Part shown: piece after piece, positions 1-12,247 of the stretch
How positions within the stretch are numbered: the stretch's first letter is position 1
Layout of the letters: every line of letters begins with the position of its first letter
Assembly (NCBI GenBank): GCA_049472335.1
Contig: JBLIRO010000014.1
Location: forward strand, 1-64,000
Reading direction: 5' to 3'
From: a bacterium
Lineage (GTDB): Bacteria > SZUA-182 > DTGQ01 > JAFGSM01
DNA: 64,000 bases
Notes under the pieces: generated by a model
The model's database searches: none
The model's input: only the letters and a program-made list of their open reading frames with translations
What the model was told of the DNA's origin: nothing
Made by a program: the position numbers and the translations under genes

Positions 1-1
1 T

Positions 2-694
2 ATAAAACGCGTAATAAAATCACAGATTATAAGGATACCGGAATATATTCTCTTTCTTAAGAATTATATCCTGCGGCAATATATAGATGAAACACAAAGA
101 ATAGAAAGCGGATATAATTTCACCATTAGTGACAGAACCGCCGCAAAGGTTCAGGACCTTTTGCGCACTTCCGCGGTCCTGGACGGCAGGTCGGTGGTGG
201 AGGAAAAGGACCTGGACAACCTGTATTATCTGATTTGTATGGTGGGAAAAGAGGATGAAAGGGCCCGCCTGAAAGGGATAATTGATACAACCAAGAGATA
301 TTTTCACCAGGACAGGGATTTGCTGCAGAGGATCTTTAATATCATCAATATATTCAGGACCATAAAATCTTCCAAAGATCCCAAGGCCCTGGTGGAGCAC
401 AAAAATTTCATTTTTATTGTTTATAAGATTGAACAGGCCTTTATTGAGCAGAGCATAAAAAACAGATTAAAAAAATTCGTCAACAAGATGGGCTTTCGAC
501 CAAACAAAATCAGACTTTCTTATGTCCTTGACATATTTCAGGAAAGCTGCGCCTTGCTGAAAGACATGGCTACCAAAAAAGAGACCCTGGAGCTTATTGA
601 AGGATTTGAACAGGATATCGATCTTTTCTATGAGAAACAGATAAGAGAATCCCATAATAAATCAGAATCCAGTTTCTTATCAGATCTAAAATAA
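2..694 (+). CDS. RavA/MoxR-family AAA+ ATPase, C-terminal part (5' truncated by window)
   Basis: Frame is open from base 2 (IKRVIKSQ...). Segment TISDRTAAKVQDLLRTSAVLDGR resembles the RavA lid/sensor-2 motif (VSDRRW..A..LL.ASA...GR). Followed by a vWA gene. Confidence 0.7.
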   Translation: MKRVIKSQIIRIPEYILFLKNYILRQYIDETQRIESGYNFTISDRTAAKVQDLLRTSAVLDGRSVVEEKDLDNLYYLICMVGKEDERARLKGIIDTTKRYFHQDRDLLQRIFNIINIFRTIKSSKDPKALVEHKNFIFIVYKIEQAFIEQSIKNRLKKFVNKMGFRPNKIRLSYVLDIFQESCALLKDMATKKETLELIEGFEQDIDLFYEKQIRESHNKSESSFLSDLK

Positions 695-791
695 ATGCAA
701 CATTTTAATTGTTTGAAGGATATCAGGCGTAGACAAAATCTTTTTAAAACAATTAAAATACTAATAATTTTCAATAAATTCTATCAGATCA

Positions 792-2348
792 ATGAATGAA
801 CTTATAGATCATTTTGATTTTTTTGAACCGGAAATATTTTCTGATATTATCCAAGGAAGTAATGAATTTCCCAAGGATTGGATAAAAATATTCTATATAG
901 CCAGGTGCATTTTTAGCTCCAGCAGCTCATATCAAATTAAAGGCCATCTTGCACCTCTCCTGGAAAGAAAAGAAATTTTTTCCAAGAATTGTATTCAAGA
1001 AGATAATAAGAATGAATCAATAGTCAAATCAAACATGTCGGAATCCATCGATATCGGCAGAATAACTTCTGTTCATCAGATATCGCATATCCTTCCGAGA
1101 GAATTTATAATCAATCTCGAAGATGTATTTTACAAAAAACTCATTAACCGTGAACTATGTAAAAAGGAATTTAATACGCCTAAAGGATACTCTGTCTCAG
1201 ATCTGGTCAATGGCAGAGAAAGCGAATTAAATAGAAAACAAAAGGTCTATATCCTTTTTGATAATTCATATTCAATGAATGGAGAAAAATTTAACAAGAT
1301 CCTTACAGCTAAAGCAATTTGTCTTGAATATCTAAAAAATGTTAAAAAGGAAAATCCTCAGATATATTTTCGTTATTTTAACCAGGCAACCGGGCCGTTG
1401 TTGAAGATAAGAAAGCCTGGACAGATTAGGGATTTAATTAAATACATAATAGATCTGAATACATTTGAATGTTATGAAACAAAAATATCAGAAGCAATAC
1501 TAAAAGCAACAGAAGATATAAGGTCCGATTCCGAATTTAAACAGGCAGAGATTCTTATAATAACAGATGGTCTTGGGGATATTCCGCCAAACATTGAGGA
1601 GAAGCTCAAAAACATAAAGCTGCATTGTATACTTATTTCAGGAGCTGATATTTCGAGCTTCTTAAAAAAATATCCGGATGAAGCATCATGGACAAAAAGC
1701 AATATTGAGTTGGGCTCAAAAAAAATGCCCTCATTCTGGGAGACTTTTTTAAAAATAACTCAAGTTTATAGATTGCAGGAGATAACAGATATTTTTATAA
1801 GAATTCCAACATCATTCATGGAAGATTTTTGTTTTTCAAATTTTAACGAGCTTGAATTGATAGAAAAAACAAGGCATATTCTGACTAAAAAATTGTCAAG
1901 CGGAATTTCAAATGAAGAGAGATATATAATATTTCAAAGGATCAAATTCATAACCAAATATCTGAAAATAATATTATCCAAAGCTGTCTCCCCGGAACTT
2001 AAAAAAAGGATAAAAAAAGAGATAGATAATTATGACAAATTAACTAAAAAAATTATGGAGAATAAATGGTTTGCATATACTTTGGATAGCAAAATCAAAT
2101 TGACTCGTAAAAACAATGATGAACCGATGCTTTATATAAAAGGTGAATCTAAAAAACAATGGATATTTCTACTACTATTTATTAGCGTTATAAGAAATAT
2201 AGTAGCTCTTCCCAAGCATATTGTAAAAGGATTATATTTTCTAATGAGAAATATTAATCAATGGCTATCAATGGGATGCAGAAGGTATAAGTTAAAAAAG
2301 AGATTTAATTATATAAACAATTTGATGTCAAAGACATTTATAAGATAA
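792..2348 (+). CDS. ViaA-like von Willebrand A domain protein
   Basis: MIDAS motif DNSYS, later ILIITDG; upstream 'ISHILPREF...FYKKL' resembles ViaA; adjacent to the AAA+ ATPase; hydrophobic/basic C-terminal tail. Confidence 0.75.
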   Translation: MNELIDHFDFFEPEIFSDIIQGSNEFPKDWIKIFYIARCIFSSSSSYQIKGHLAPLLERKEIFSKNCIQEDNKNESIVKSNMSESIDIGRITSVHQISHILPREFIINLEDVFYKKLINRELCKKEFNTPKGYSVSDLVNGRESELNRKQKVYILFDNSYSMNGEKFNKILTAKAICLEYLKNVKKENPQIYFRYFNQATGPLLKIRKPGQIRDLIKYIIDLNTFECYETKISEAILKATEDIRSDSEFKQAEILIITDGLGDIPPNIEEKLKNIKLHCILISGADISSFLKKYPDEASWTKSNIELGSKKMPSFWETFLKITQVYRLQEITDIFIRIPTSFMEDFCFSNFNELELIEKTRHILTKKLSSGISNEERYIIFQRIKFITKYLKIILSKAVSPELKKRIKKEIDNYDKLTKKIMENKWFAYTLDSKIKLTRKNNDEPMLYIKGESKKQWIFLLLFISVIRNIVALPKHIVKGLYFLMRNINQWLSMGCRRYKLKKRFNYINNLMSKTFIR

Positions 2349-2355
2349 CATTATC

Positions 2356-2556
2356 CTAGTCGAATTCATCCTCCTTTGTAAAACATCTATCTTGTTCAAT
2401 ATTCAAAAGGCTTTTTCTATATTCAATTTCTTTCTCCTCAAAATAATTATTTATGGCTGCGACAATGACCTCCTCAATCTTTTTTCCGTCCTTTTCAGCC
2501 ATTAATCTTAATTTTCGATAGACATCGGATGGAAAATCTTTAATGTTTAGATTCAT
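2356..2556 (-). CDS. Small Arc/ribbon-helix-helix DNA-binding protein (FitA-like)
   Basis: 66 aa, pattern MNLNIKDFPSDVYRKLRLMAEKDGKKIEEVI; GGAGG RBS upstream on the minus strand. Confidence 0.6.
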   Translation of the reverse strand: MNLNIKDFPSDVYRKLRLMAEKDGKKIEEVIVAAINNYFEEKEIEYRKSLLNIEQDRCFTKEDEFD

Positions 2557-2713
2557 TGAACCTCCCTCCTTTTTATATTATATCAATATTTATCATATAT
2601 TATATTATAAAAGCAAATCACAAAGTAAATGTAAATATTATTACTAAATTCAGTTAAATTGCACCCTTAAATCTATTGACTTTTTATCAATAATCACAGA
2701 TAATTATCTGCGA

Positions 2714-3445
2714 ATGGTTACTTTTATTTATACAATTATTTTTGCGCTTTTGGCCAGCCTTTTTGCTAAAATAGGGGTTATATATTCCCTGGCTAAAGAA
2801 AATATCTCCTCCAATGCATTTTTACGTTTTATCAGTGGTCTTGCTTCAGGACTGATGTTGGGGGGGGCGTTTTTATTTTTATGTCCGTTTTCACATATTT
2901 CCATCCAATCTTTTAGTTCCTGGTCACTTATTGGAATTATTATATTTCTTGCACTCGACCGTTGTCTCAATAATCCTATAAGCTTTTCAGACAAAGAAAA
3001 CAGGAAAAAATCCTTATCCGGAATAAAAATATATTCTTGTCAGATTATTATTTATTTAAGTTATGGTGCTGCTTTGTCCGTTGGTTTCAAGATGGGATTC
3101 TTAAAAGGAAGCATTCTTGCTATTGGGATAATACTTTATCAATGCCCTAAATCCATTCTCAATTTGCATACACTTAAAAATAGCTGGTCGTTTCGATCTG
3201 CAATAATTGGCGCCTTTTTAAGCCCTTTTACAATTCCATTTGGAGCGGCGATTACCCTATTTCTTATTAATGCATCTATTGTTCCTGCCTATGTCCCGGG
3301 ACCTGTGTATGGGCTTACGATAGGTCTTCTTATTTATTTTGGTGTATCAGATATTATAAGGAAAACGAATACATCTCCTTCAACTATTGCATTTGGAATA
3401 GGAGTAATATCCGCCCTATTAATAAAGACACTTTCTATACGATAA
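2714..3445 (+). CDS. ZIP/ZupT-like membrane protein with degenerate metal-binding motifs
   Basis: About 8 hydrophobic segments; ZIP-like GLASGLMLGGAFLFLCP and AIGIILYQCPK, with the usual His/acidic ligands absent. Confidence 0.5.
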   Translation: MVTFIYTIIFALLASLFAKIGVIYSLAKENISSNAFLRFISGLASGLMLGGAFLFLCPFSHISIQSFSSWSLIGIIIFLALDRCLNNPISFSDKENRKKSLSGIKIYSCQIIIYLSYGAALSVGFKMGFLKGSILAIGIILYQCPKSILNLHTLKNSWSFRSAIIGAFLSPFTIPFGAAITLFLINASIVPAYVPGPVYGLTIGLLIYFGVSDIIRKTNTSPSTIAFGIGVISALLIKTLSIR

Positions 3446-3635
3446 GAATTAAAAACATTGATTTTTATATTCCCTAACTTTACAAGCTCCAGGCAATTTT
3501 AAAATAAGACTACCTTCAAGATTATCAATATTGATAGTATTATTATTTTGCAGCCGTGCATTTTATGTATTATTTTGTAATATAGTAGTTTTTATTAATA
3601 TAATTTTTTTATAGCCTTATCTGTCTATTTCAAGC

Positions 3636-3664
3636 TTGACACAAACAAAAGGAGATGCTAAAAT
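3636..3664 (+). promoter_or_regulatory. sigma-70 promoter of the atp operon
   Basis: TTGACA-17 nt-TAAAAT with extended -10 TG, about 100 nt before atpB. Confidence 0.7.
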
Positions 3665-3767
3665 ATTAACGCTTAAAAACAAGATATAATAAATATCCAT
3701 AAATTTTTAAAAACTAAATTTTTAACATTCAATAAAAATATTAAATATATAAAATGGAGGTTTTGTT

Positions 3768-4571
3768 ATGGTAGAACATGCTGCTGAAGCTGCCACTCAT
3801 GCATCCGGACATGCCATGCACTTTGGACTCACTCGTCCGCAGCTCGTAATATGGACATATATTGTTATAGGGATAATCCTGCTACTTACTTACTTATTTA
3901 TGAGAAAAAAGGAAACCGGAGTCCCTTCCAAATTACAAAATTTAGGCGAAATGATAGTAGAAGCCATACTTAATATTTTGGAGCCAAATATCGGACATGA
4001 TCATGCCAGAAAGCTTCTTCCTTTTTTCGGAACATTTCTTCTATTTATCATTGTATCCAATGTTTTCCTTATCATTCCCTGGGGAATGCCTCCAACCAGC
4101 GATCTAAGTACTACTGTAGCTTTAGCGGTTATTGCCCTTATAGCGGTACATTTTTTAAACGTGAAAATAAATGGAATAAAGGATGTCTTTACGAGATGGT
4201 TTAATCCCTATCCCGAATTAACCGCAAAAGAAAAGATGCCTGAAGGAGCAGGAATTGGAAAGAGGTTTGGCGGCTTATTTAAATGGGGATTTGCGTGGAT
4301 CCTGGTGAGCTTTTTGATTCTGATGCATTTTGTTGATAATGGTGCGCGACTGATGTCATTATCCTTACGACTTTTTGGAAATATATTTGGCGAGCATGTA
4401 GTATTTCACAAGGTCAGTGAAGTAGCTATAACCAAACCGTATATGTTTATTCCTCTTTTTATCCCATTTATCATTCTCTTAATGGACACCTTGATTTTTA
4501 TAATTCAAGCCTTTGTATTCACTTATTTAAGCTTATTTTATCTAATAGAAGAGGCAAATATCGAACATTAA
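3768..4571 (+). CDS. atpB: F0F1 ATP synthase subunit a
   Basis: PSKLQNLGE, PTSDLS, RLMSLSLRLFGNIFGEH (essential Arg), IQAFVFTYL motifs. Confidence 0.97.
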   Translation: MVEHAAEAATHASGHAMHFGLTRPQLVIWTYIVIGIILLLTYLFMRKKETGVPSKLQNLGEMIVEAILNILEPNIGHDHARKLLPFFGTFLLFIIVSNVFLIIPWGMPPTSDLSTTVALAVIALIAVHFLNVKINGIKDVFTRWFNPYPELTAKEKMPEGAGIGKRFGGLFKWGFAWILVSFLILMHFVDNGARLMSLSLRLFGNIFGEHVVFHKVSEVAITKPYMFIPLFIPFIILLMDTLIFIIQAFVFTYLSLFYLIEEANIEH

Positions 4572-4690
4572 TCTTATATAATAATAAACATTGTCATGTG
4601 TCTTTTTACTCATAGTTATTTTTTTACCGTTCAATAGTGGATTTAGTATTAATCATTCTTCTTAATAACCAAACAGGAGGTACCTAAATC

Positions 4691-4942
4691 ATGGGTGAAT
4701 TCTTAGTAAAAATGGCAGCAGTCCTTGCAGCAGCAATAGCGATGTCTTTTGGAGCAGTTGGCCCTGGTATTGGAATGGGTTCTATTGGAAAAGCAGCATT
4801 GGAAAGTATGGCACGACAGCCTGAATTATCAGGTAAGACTTTTACGACCATGCTAATCGCTATGGCTCTGGTTGAAGCATTGGCCATTTATTGTCTTCTG
4901 ATTGCCCTTGTTATCCTATATGCCAACCCAATGCTAGGTTAA
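4691..4942 (+). CDS. atpE: F0F1 ATP synthase subunit c (H+-type signature)
   Basis: GxGxGxG, RQPE loop, carboxylate in VEALAIY; lacks the Na+ ligands (Q/E in helix 1, ES/T). Confidence 0.97.
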   Translation: MGEFLVKMAAVLAAAIAMSFGAVGPGIGMGSIGKAALESMARQPELSGKTFTTMLIAMALVEALAIYCLLIALVILYANPMLG

Positions 4943-5061
4943 TTTTTATAGATAAATTAAGTTTAAATACTATTTATTTATATAATTCATAATTAACCAT
5001 TCCAATAGATGTATCTTTTTTATTAATATGTCTATTTATTAAGGTAGGTGGCGAAAAAGAT

Positions 5062-5601
5062 ATGCTTGATAAAATAATTTATATATTTACAAAGGATTTG
5101 ATTCTTGGATTTTCAATTTGGAAATTTTCATTTATTTTAATTAATTTTTTTGCATTATATTTTATTTTAAAGAAATTATTATTTAAGAAAGTGCTTGAAA
5201 TTTTGGAAGAAAGACGGCAAAACGTGGCAAAAGCCGTGGCCCAAATAGATCAAGCAAAAGCAGAGATAGAGTCCATCAAAAAGAGTGGAGAAGATATTAT
5301 TGAAAAGGCCAGGGAAGAAGCCCAGATAATAGTCAAAAAGGCCAGAAAAGCTGCCAGCGATATAACAGCAGAAGCAAAGGCAGAAGCGGATAAATTTGTC
5401 CAGGAGACCAGAGAAAGCATAGAGAGAGAAAGAGAAGAAATCAGACAAGAAGTATACTCCACTCTTATTGATCTGGTATCCATGGCCTCAAGAAAGGTTA
5501 TGTCCAGGGTAATGTCTGAAGAAGATCAAAAGAAGCTTGTTGAAAGTGCAGTTCAGGATACATGGAAACAGTCATCTATAAAAGGGAGCAGCAATCTCTG
5601 A
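5062..5601 (+). CDS. atpF: F0F1 ATP synthase subunit b
   Basis: N-terminal TM (INFFALYFILKKLLFK), ILEERR, long coiled coil; operon position. Confidence 0.93.
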   Translation: MLDKIIYIFTKDLILGFSIWKFSFILINFFALYFILKKLLFKKVLEILEERRQNVAKAVAQIDQAKAEIESIKKSGEDIIEKAREEAQIIVKKARKAASDITAEAKAEADKFVQETRESIEREREEIRQEVYSTLIDLVSMASRKVMSRVMSEEDQKKLVESAVQDTWKQSSIKGSSNL

Positions 5602-5645
5602 TCGGATTCTTAAAAGGCTTTATTTAGCAAATAGGAAGGCAAATT

Positions 5646-7490
5646 ATGGATAATGTTATTTCACAGGACTTGAAAGAGACTTTGTTGCAATGCAAGCTTC
5701 CTCTTGTATTGATGACTTCTGTTAAATTGGGTCCTGATTTTGTCCCCAGGCTTGAACGGAAACTATCCGAAATCTCTGGAAGGAAGATGGAAATCAGGGT
5801 CTTTGAAGATTCAAGGCAAGAGGGCACAGTTCTTTTTTTAAACAATGATCTTAAGATCAATCTAGATGTTAGGCGCTCATTCTCCGAGGATCTGGAAAGG
5901 AAACTAGACCAGATCCGCGGTGGTTTTGAGACTGTCAAGATAGAGGATATTGGCTCTCAAATCAGGCAAATCATTGAATCTACGGAACCTTCGATTAAGG
6001 TAGATGATATAGGTAAAGAGGGAATAGTCCTTCAGGTTGGTGACGGCATAGCCCGCGTGGCAGGTTTAAATCGGGTCGGCTACAATGAAGTTGTAAGATT
6101 CGCAGGTGGCGGCTATGGACTGGCCTTTAACCTGGAAAAGGATGCGGTTGGTGTCATACTTCTTTGCCCTGAGGAGGAGATAGAAGAGGGAAGCAGGGTC
6201 GCCAGTACAGGAAAACAGTTACAAATACCTGTGGGAGAAGGGATGATCGGCCGGATTGTTAATCCTATTGGTATGCCCATAGATGGTAAAGGCAGCATCG
6301 CTACTGAAAACTATCGCCTTATTGAAAGAAAGGCCCCCGGGGTGGTAATGCGCCAGCCCGTAAAGGAACCATTGCAGACAGGCATCAAGGCGATTGACTC
6401 AATGATCCCCATAGGCAGAGGGCAGAGGGAGCTAATTATTGGCGACAGAAAAATAGGAAAAACAGCAATAGTTGTGGATACTATTTTGAATCAGAAAAGC
6501 TCTGATGTCATATGCATATATGTTGCAATCGGTCAGAAGGCGGCCGCAGTTGCCAAAGTTGTTCATGTTTTACAGAAGGAAGGGGCACTTAAACATACTA
6601 TCATTGTCGCAGCCTTGGCCAATGAACAAACAGCTTTTCGTTATCTGGCCCCATATGCGGGAGCAGCCATTGGCGAGGAATTTATGGACAAAGGAAAGCA
6701 CGCTGTTGTTTTCTATGACGATCTTTCAAAACATGCAGTTGCTTACCGGGAAATGTCCGCATTATTGAAAAGACCTATCGGCCGTGAAGCTTATCCGGGT
6801 GACATCTTTTATATCCACTCCAGATTACTGGAAAGGGCTGCCAAATTAAGGGATGACCTCGGAGGTGGATCACTAACCTCCATCCCAATTGTAGAGACTT
6901 TGGGTGGTGATGTTACAGGGTATATTTCAACAAACGTTATATCCATTACTGACGGCCAGATTTATCTTGAATCCGATCTATTTAACACTGGTTTCAGACC
7001 CTCCATTAATGTCGGACTTTCTGTTTCCCGTGTGGGTGGCTCGGCTCAATTAAAGGCCATGAAAGAAGTGGCAGGCCGGCTTAGAATAGATTTATCTCAA
7101 TATCATGAAATGGCTGCATTCGTCAAATTCGGAGCAGAGCTCGATGATATGACAAGGGCCCAATTGGCTCGAGGTGAAAGAGGCCGTGAGCTTTTAAAAC
7201 AAATGCAGTATCAACCGATGCCTGTTGAGGAACAGATTGCCGTTCTTTTTGCCTGTGTAAATGGATTTCTCGATGATGTTCCCGTAAAAAGGATTGCAGC
7301 CTTTGAAAAAGAGTTTCTGGATTATATGCACCATTCAGCTCCGGGGATTCTTAAGAAGATCATTGAGGGAAAGGTCATTTCTGACGAAATCAATAAAGGA
7401 TTGACTTCAGCAATTCAGGAATTTAAGAAGACATTTATGGCGGGTGAGATTAAAGAGGAAGAAACTGAAAAGGCTGAAGCAAAAGCCTAA
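5646..7490 (+). CDS. atpA: F0F1 ATP synthase subunit alpha with ~95-aa N-terminal delta-CTD-like extension
   Basis: [45 protein letters not shown]; 614 aa versus about 505 typical. Confidence 0.97.
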   Translation: MDNVISQDLKETLLQCKLPLVLMTSVKLGPDFVPRLERKLSEISGRKMEIRVFEDSRQEGTVLFLNNDLKINLDVRRSFSEDLERKLDQIRGGFETVKIEDIGSQIRQIIESTEPSIKVDDIGKEGIVLQVGDGIARVAGLNRVGYNEVVRFAGGGYGLAFNLEKDAVGVILLCPEEEIEEGSRVASTGKQLQIPVGEGMIGRIVNPIGMPIDGKGSIATENYRLIERKAPGVVMRQPVKEPLQTGIKAIDSMIPIGRGQRELIIGDRKIGKTAIVVDTILNQKSSDVICIYVAIGQKAAAVAKVVHVLQKEGALKHTIIVAALANEQTAFRYLAPYAGAAIGEEFMDKGKHAVVFYDDLSKHAVAYREMSALLKRPIGREAYPGDIFYIHSRLLERAAKLRDDLGGGSLTSIPIVETLGGDVTGYISTNVISITDGQIYLESDLFNTGFRPSINVGLSVSRVGGSAQLKAMKEVAGRLRIDLSQYHEMAAFVKFGAELDDMTRAQLARGERGRELLKQMQYQPMPVEEQIAVLFACVNGFLDDVPVKRIAAFEKEFLDYMHHSAPGILKKIIEGKVISDEINKGLTSAIQEFKKTFMAGEIKEEETEKAEAKA

Positions 7491-7511
7491 ATATAGCAAG
7501 CAGGTGATAGC

Positions 7512-8423
7512 GTGTCACAGAAACTGATAGAATTGAAACATCACATGAGAAGTGTGTCAAACATTCAGAGTACCACTCAAACCATGTCAACTGTAGCTGC
7601 CGCAAAACTGGCCCGAAGCCGGAACAAGGCAATCTCTTTGCGTGCTTATGTTGAAAGGATGAGAGAGATTGTATCTACCCAATCTGCATATCTATACGAT
7701 TTGGGAGAGAGCAATCCTATTTTTCAGCCTAAGGAAAGGGGTAATAAGATCATGACGGTGGTTATTACCTCTGATATAGGTATGTGCGGTAGTTATAATG
7801 GGCAGGTATGCCGGCTAGCCCAGGCCTTTATGGAGAAAAAAGAGTCTCAGGGACATCCGGTGGGCATATGGTCCAAGGGATTAAAAGGGGAGGAATTTTT
7901 TAGACGCAAGACAAATTATAAGGTTGATGGTTATGATCCCTGGTCCTTGGAGGGGGTTTCTCTGAATGATGCTGTCAAGCTTCTCTATACAATGAATAAT
8001 CTTTTTATGGCAGATGATGTAAAAGAACTATATTGTGCATATACAAAGTTTATTAGTACAGTCAAACGTGAACCAAAGGTTATCAGAATTTTTCCTGTAG
8101 GTATGGATACATTGATTTGGGGAAAAGAGCACAAATTCCAGGAATGGATATATGAACCAGGTCCTTATGATCTGCTTGGTGAATTGATCCCTATATACAT
8201 GCAAACGCAGATTTTCGAACTCCTTTTGGAATCCTATGCCAGTGAGCAGGGTGCTCGCATGATGGCAATGGAAGAGGCCTCAGACAGAGCGGAGGCCACT
8301 CTTAGAGAATTAAGGGTCCAATATAACAGGATCAGAAGAGATCTGGTTACGCTTGACTTACTTGGGATACTTAGTGCCGCCAAGGTAATCGAAAAGGAAG
8401 CTGTATCCAGTACTGCTTTCTAG
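7512..8423 (+). CDS. atpG: F0F1 ATP synthase subunit gamma
   Basis: ITSDIGMCGSYN, ASEQGARMMAMEEAS, YNRIRR; GTG start. Confidence 0.95.
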   Translation: MSQKLIELKHHMRSVSNIQSTTQTMSTVAAAKLARSRNKAISLRAYVERMREIVSTQSAYLYDLGESNPIFQPKERGNKIMTVVITSDIGMCGSYNGQVCRLAQAFMEKKESQGHPVGIWSKGLKGEEFFRRKTNYKVDGYDPWSLEGVSLNDAVKLLYTMNNLFMADDVKELYCAYTKFISTVKREPKVIRIFPVGMDTLIWGKEHKFQEWIYEPGPYDLLGELIPIYMQTQIFELLLESYASEQGARMMAMEEASDRAEATLRELRVQYNRIRRDLVTLDLLGILSAAKVIEKEAVSSTAF

Positions 8424-8436
8424 TCAAGGAGAGTAA

Positions 8437-10382
<1,946 letters not shown>

Positions 10383-10437
10383 CGATTTATTTTTATTCCA
10401 AAAATAGACTCCCAACAAAGAGAGGGGGGAATCTTCT

Positions 10438-11397
10438 ATGAAACTGGAATTGGATTTTGAAGATTTAGAACATCAATGGAAAACCAGACAATTCGATCTT
10501 TTCCCTTGGTTTGACGGTCTTTTTACACTCCTACGACAAAGGGAGTCTATTTTAAGAGAAACAAAAAAAAGATTATCCTCTTCTACTCAAGCAACAATGG
10601 TACAGTTTTTGTCCTCCGATGACCATGAAAATGCCCTTATAGCAAAGGAAACCATTAAAGATCAGACTGCAGGAGCTGTTTTGCCGATCCTTCTCTATAG
10701 CCTTGAAAAAGTAACAAAAAATGATTATCCACATAGAATAATGGAATGCTTGCTTGATTTTGACATTGACATTTCATTTGGATACTTACTGGGTTATTTA
10801 TATTTACGTAATAATATAAAAGAAAAGGTTTTTCAAATATTCAATGAAATATTCCCTATAAAGAATATCTTCCCAGATACTAAAGACAGTAGTCATTTTC
10901 TGATTCAGCTTTTTCAAGCTCTTAATAATGACTTAAAACAAAGAATGCCATCTTCAGGAAAACTGGAAAAAATTGAGGATTTTGATTCTATAAATTTGGA
11001 TCTTAAGATAATACTATTGATCTTTCAGAAGACTTGGCAAGGTGAAAATGCCAGAATAGTCGAAAATGAAATGAAAAAAATAGGGCAGGATGTGATAGTG
11101 TCTTTTCGTGGACTCCCTTTAAAAAATGAAAAAGGGGATGTTCTCTTCGAACAACTTTCTGAAATTATCTTATATATAGCTATAATGAGACTGGAGGCTG
11201 ACAAATCATTCCTAAAGGGACTGCATACAAACCTGAAATCTCTCACCCTCAAAGAAGAAGAACAAGAAGAGATCCTTGAAAAGTCTGATGCAGCGTTAGC
11301 AATTATCGGGCAACCTGATAAAACCATAAATGAAATACTTGAACAATTTGAAAGTCCTATATTTTTTGACAATCTTTCTTCTTTGAATCAATTATAA
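10438..11397 (+). CDS. Hypothetical alpha-helical protein
   Basis: 319-aa ORF with a G-rich RBS directly after atpC; no motif recognised. Confidence 0.6.
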   Translation: MKLELDFEDLEHQWKTRQFDLFPWFDGLFTLLRQRESILRETKKRLSSSTQATMVQFLSSDDHENALIAKETIKDQTAGAVLPILLYSLEKVTKNDYPHRIMECLLDFDIDISFGYLLGYLYLRNNIKEKVFQIFNEIFPIKNIFPDTKDSSHFLIQLFQALNNDLKQRMPSSGKLEKIEDFDSINLDLKIILLIFQKTWQGENARIVENEMKKIGQDVIVSFRGLPLKNEKGDVLFEQLSEIILYIAIMRLEADKSFLKGLHTNLKSLTLKEEEQEEILEKSDAALAIIGQPDKTINEILEQFESPIFFDNLSSLNQL

Positions 11398-11470
11398 ATC
11401 AGGATATTAACTTAATAACAATCTTTCCAGGCCTTAGGCCTAATCCTTCATCCTTCTTGAATAAGAAAAA

Positions 11471-12247
11471 TTATTTAAAAATTTTCTTAAATAAGGATTT
11501 TTTGGTTGTGATCGGGGCAGGAAGATCATAGATATCCTCTCCAGCAATAATTGCCCTCGGGATATCAGTAACCATTGCTTCTGCCCATTTTGGTCCTGCT
11601 ATCCGGGCCGCCCTAACAACAGAATCCGACAAAACCGGTGTACGAAATTTGGATGAATGGGCATCTGAGGCAATTATGTGAACCAGATTATTTTGAAGCA
11701 TTTCAACCGCACATTTACTTGCACCTGGACCAAATTCACCTATCAAACTATTGGCTGTGATTTGTGCTAAAGCACCTAGTTCCACTAGTCGAAATATAAT
11801 ATTCAGATCCTTTTGAATAGCTATATTTCTTTCGGGATGTGTAAAGACAGGAATAATTTTATTGTGTTTCAGTTTAAAAACAAATTCGGAAATATTGGGA
11901 GGAACATGGTGATGAGGAAATTCAAGGAGTATATATTTCCCGTTATTATTTATGGTCATAGCCTTCCCATCCCTTATAAGTTCAAGTAAATTGTAATTTA
12001 TATGCACATCTGCACCAGGGATGATAAGTATATCTATTTTTTTTGATATTAGAACATCTTGTAGTTTCTTAACCTCTTCCAAAATGTAGTCTCTTTCATT
12101 GATAAAAATCCCGTTCATGGTATGCGGTGTAGCAACTATAGTCCTGATACCATCCTTATAGGCAATATGACACATAGTAACCGATTCTTTAATGTTCTCG
12201 GCACCATCATCCATACCAGGTAGAATATGGCAATGAAGATCAATCAT
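11471..12247 (-). CDS. CpsB/CapC (YwqE) PHP-family tyrosine-protein phosphatase
   Basis: MIDLHCHILPGMDDGA, ATPH, THPERN, IASDAH. Confidence 0.93.
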   Translation of the reverse strand: MIDLHCHILPGMDDGAENIKESVTMCHIAYKDGIRTIVATPHTMNGIFINERDYILEEVKKLQDVLISKKIDILIIPGADVHINYNLLELIRDGKAMTINNNGKYILLEFPHHHVPPNISEFVFKLKHNKIIPVFTHPERNIAIQKDLNIIFRLVELGALAQITANSLIGEFGPGASKCAVEMLQNNLVHIIASDAHSSKFRTPVLSDSVVRAARIAGPKWAEAMVTDIPRAIIAGEDIYDLPAPITTKKSLFKKIFK

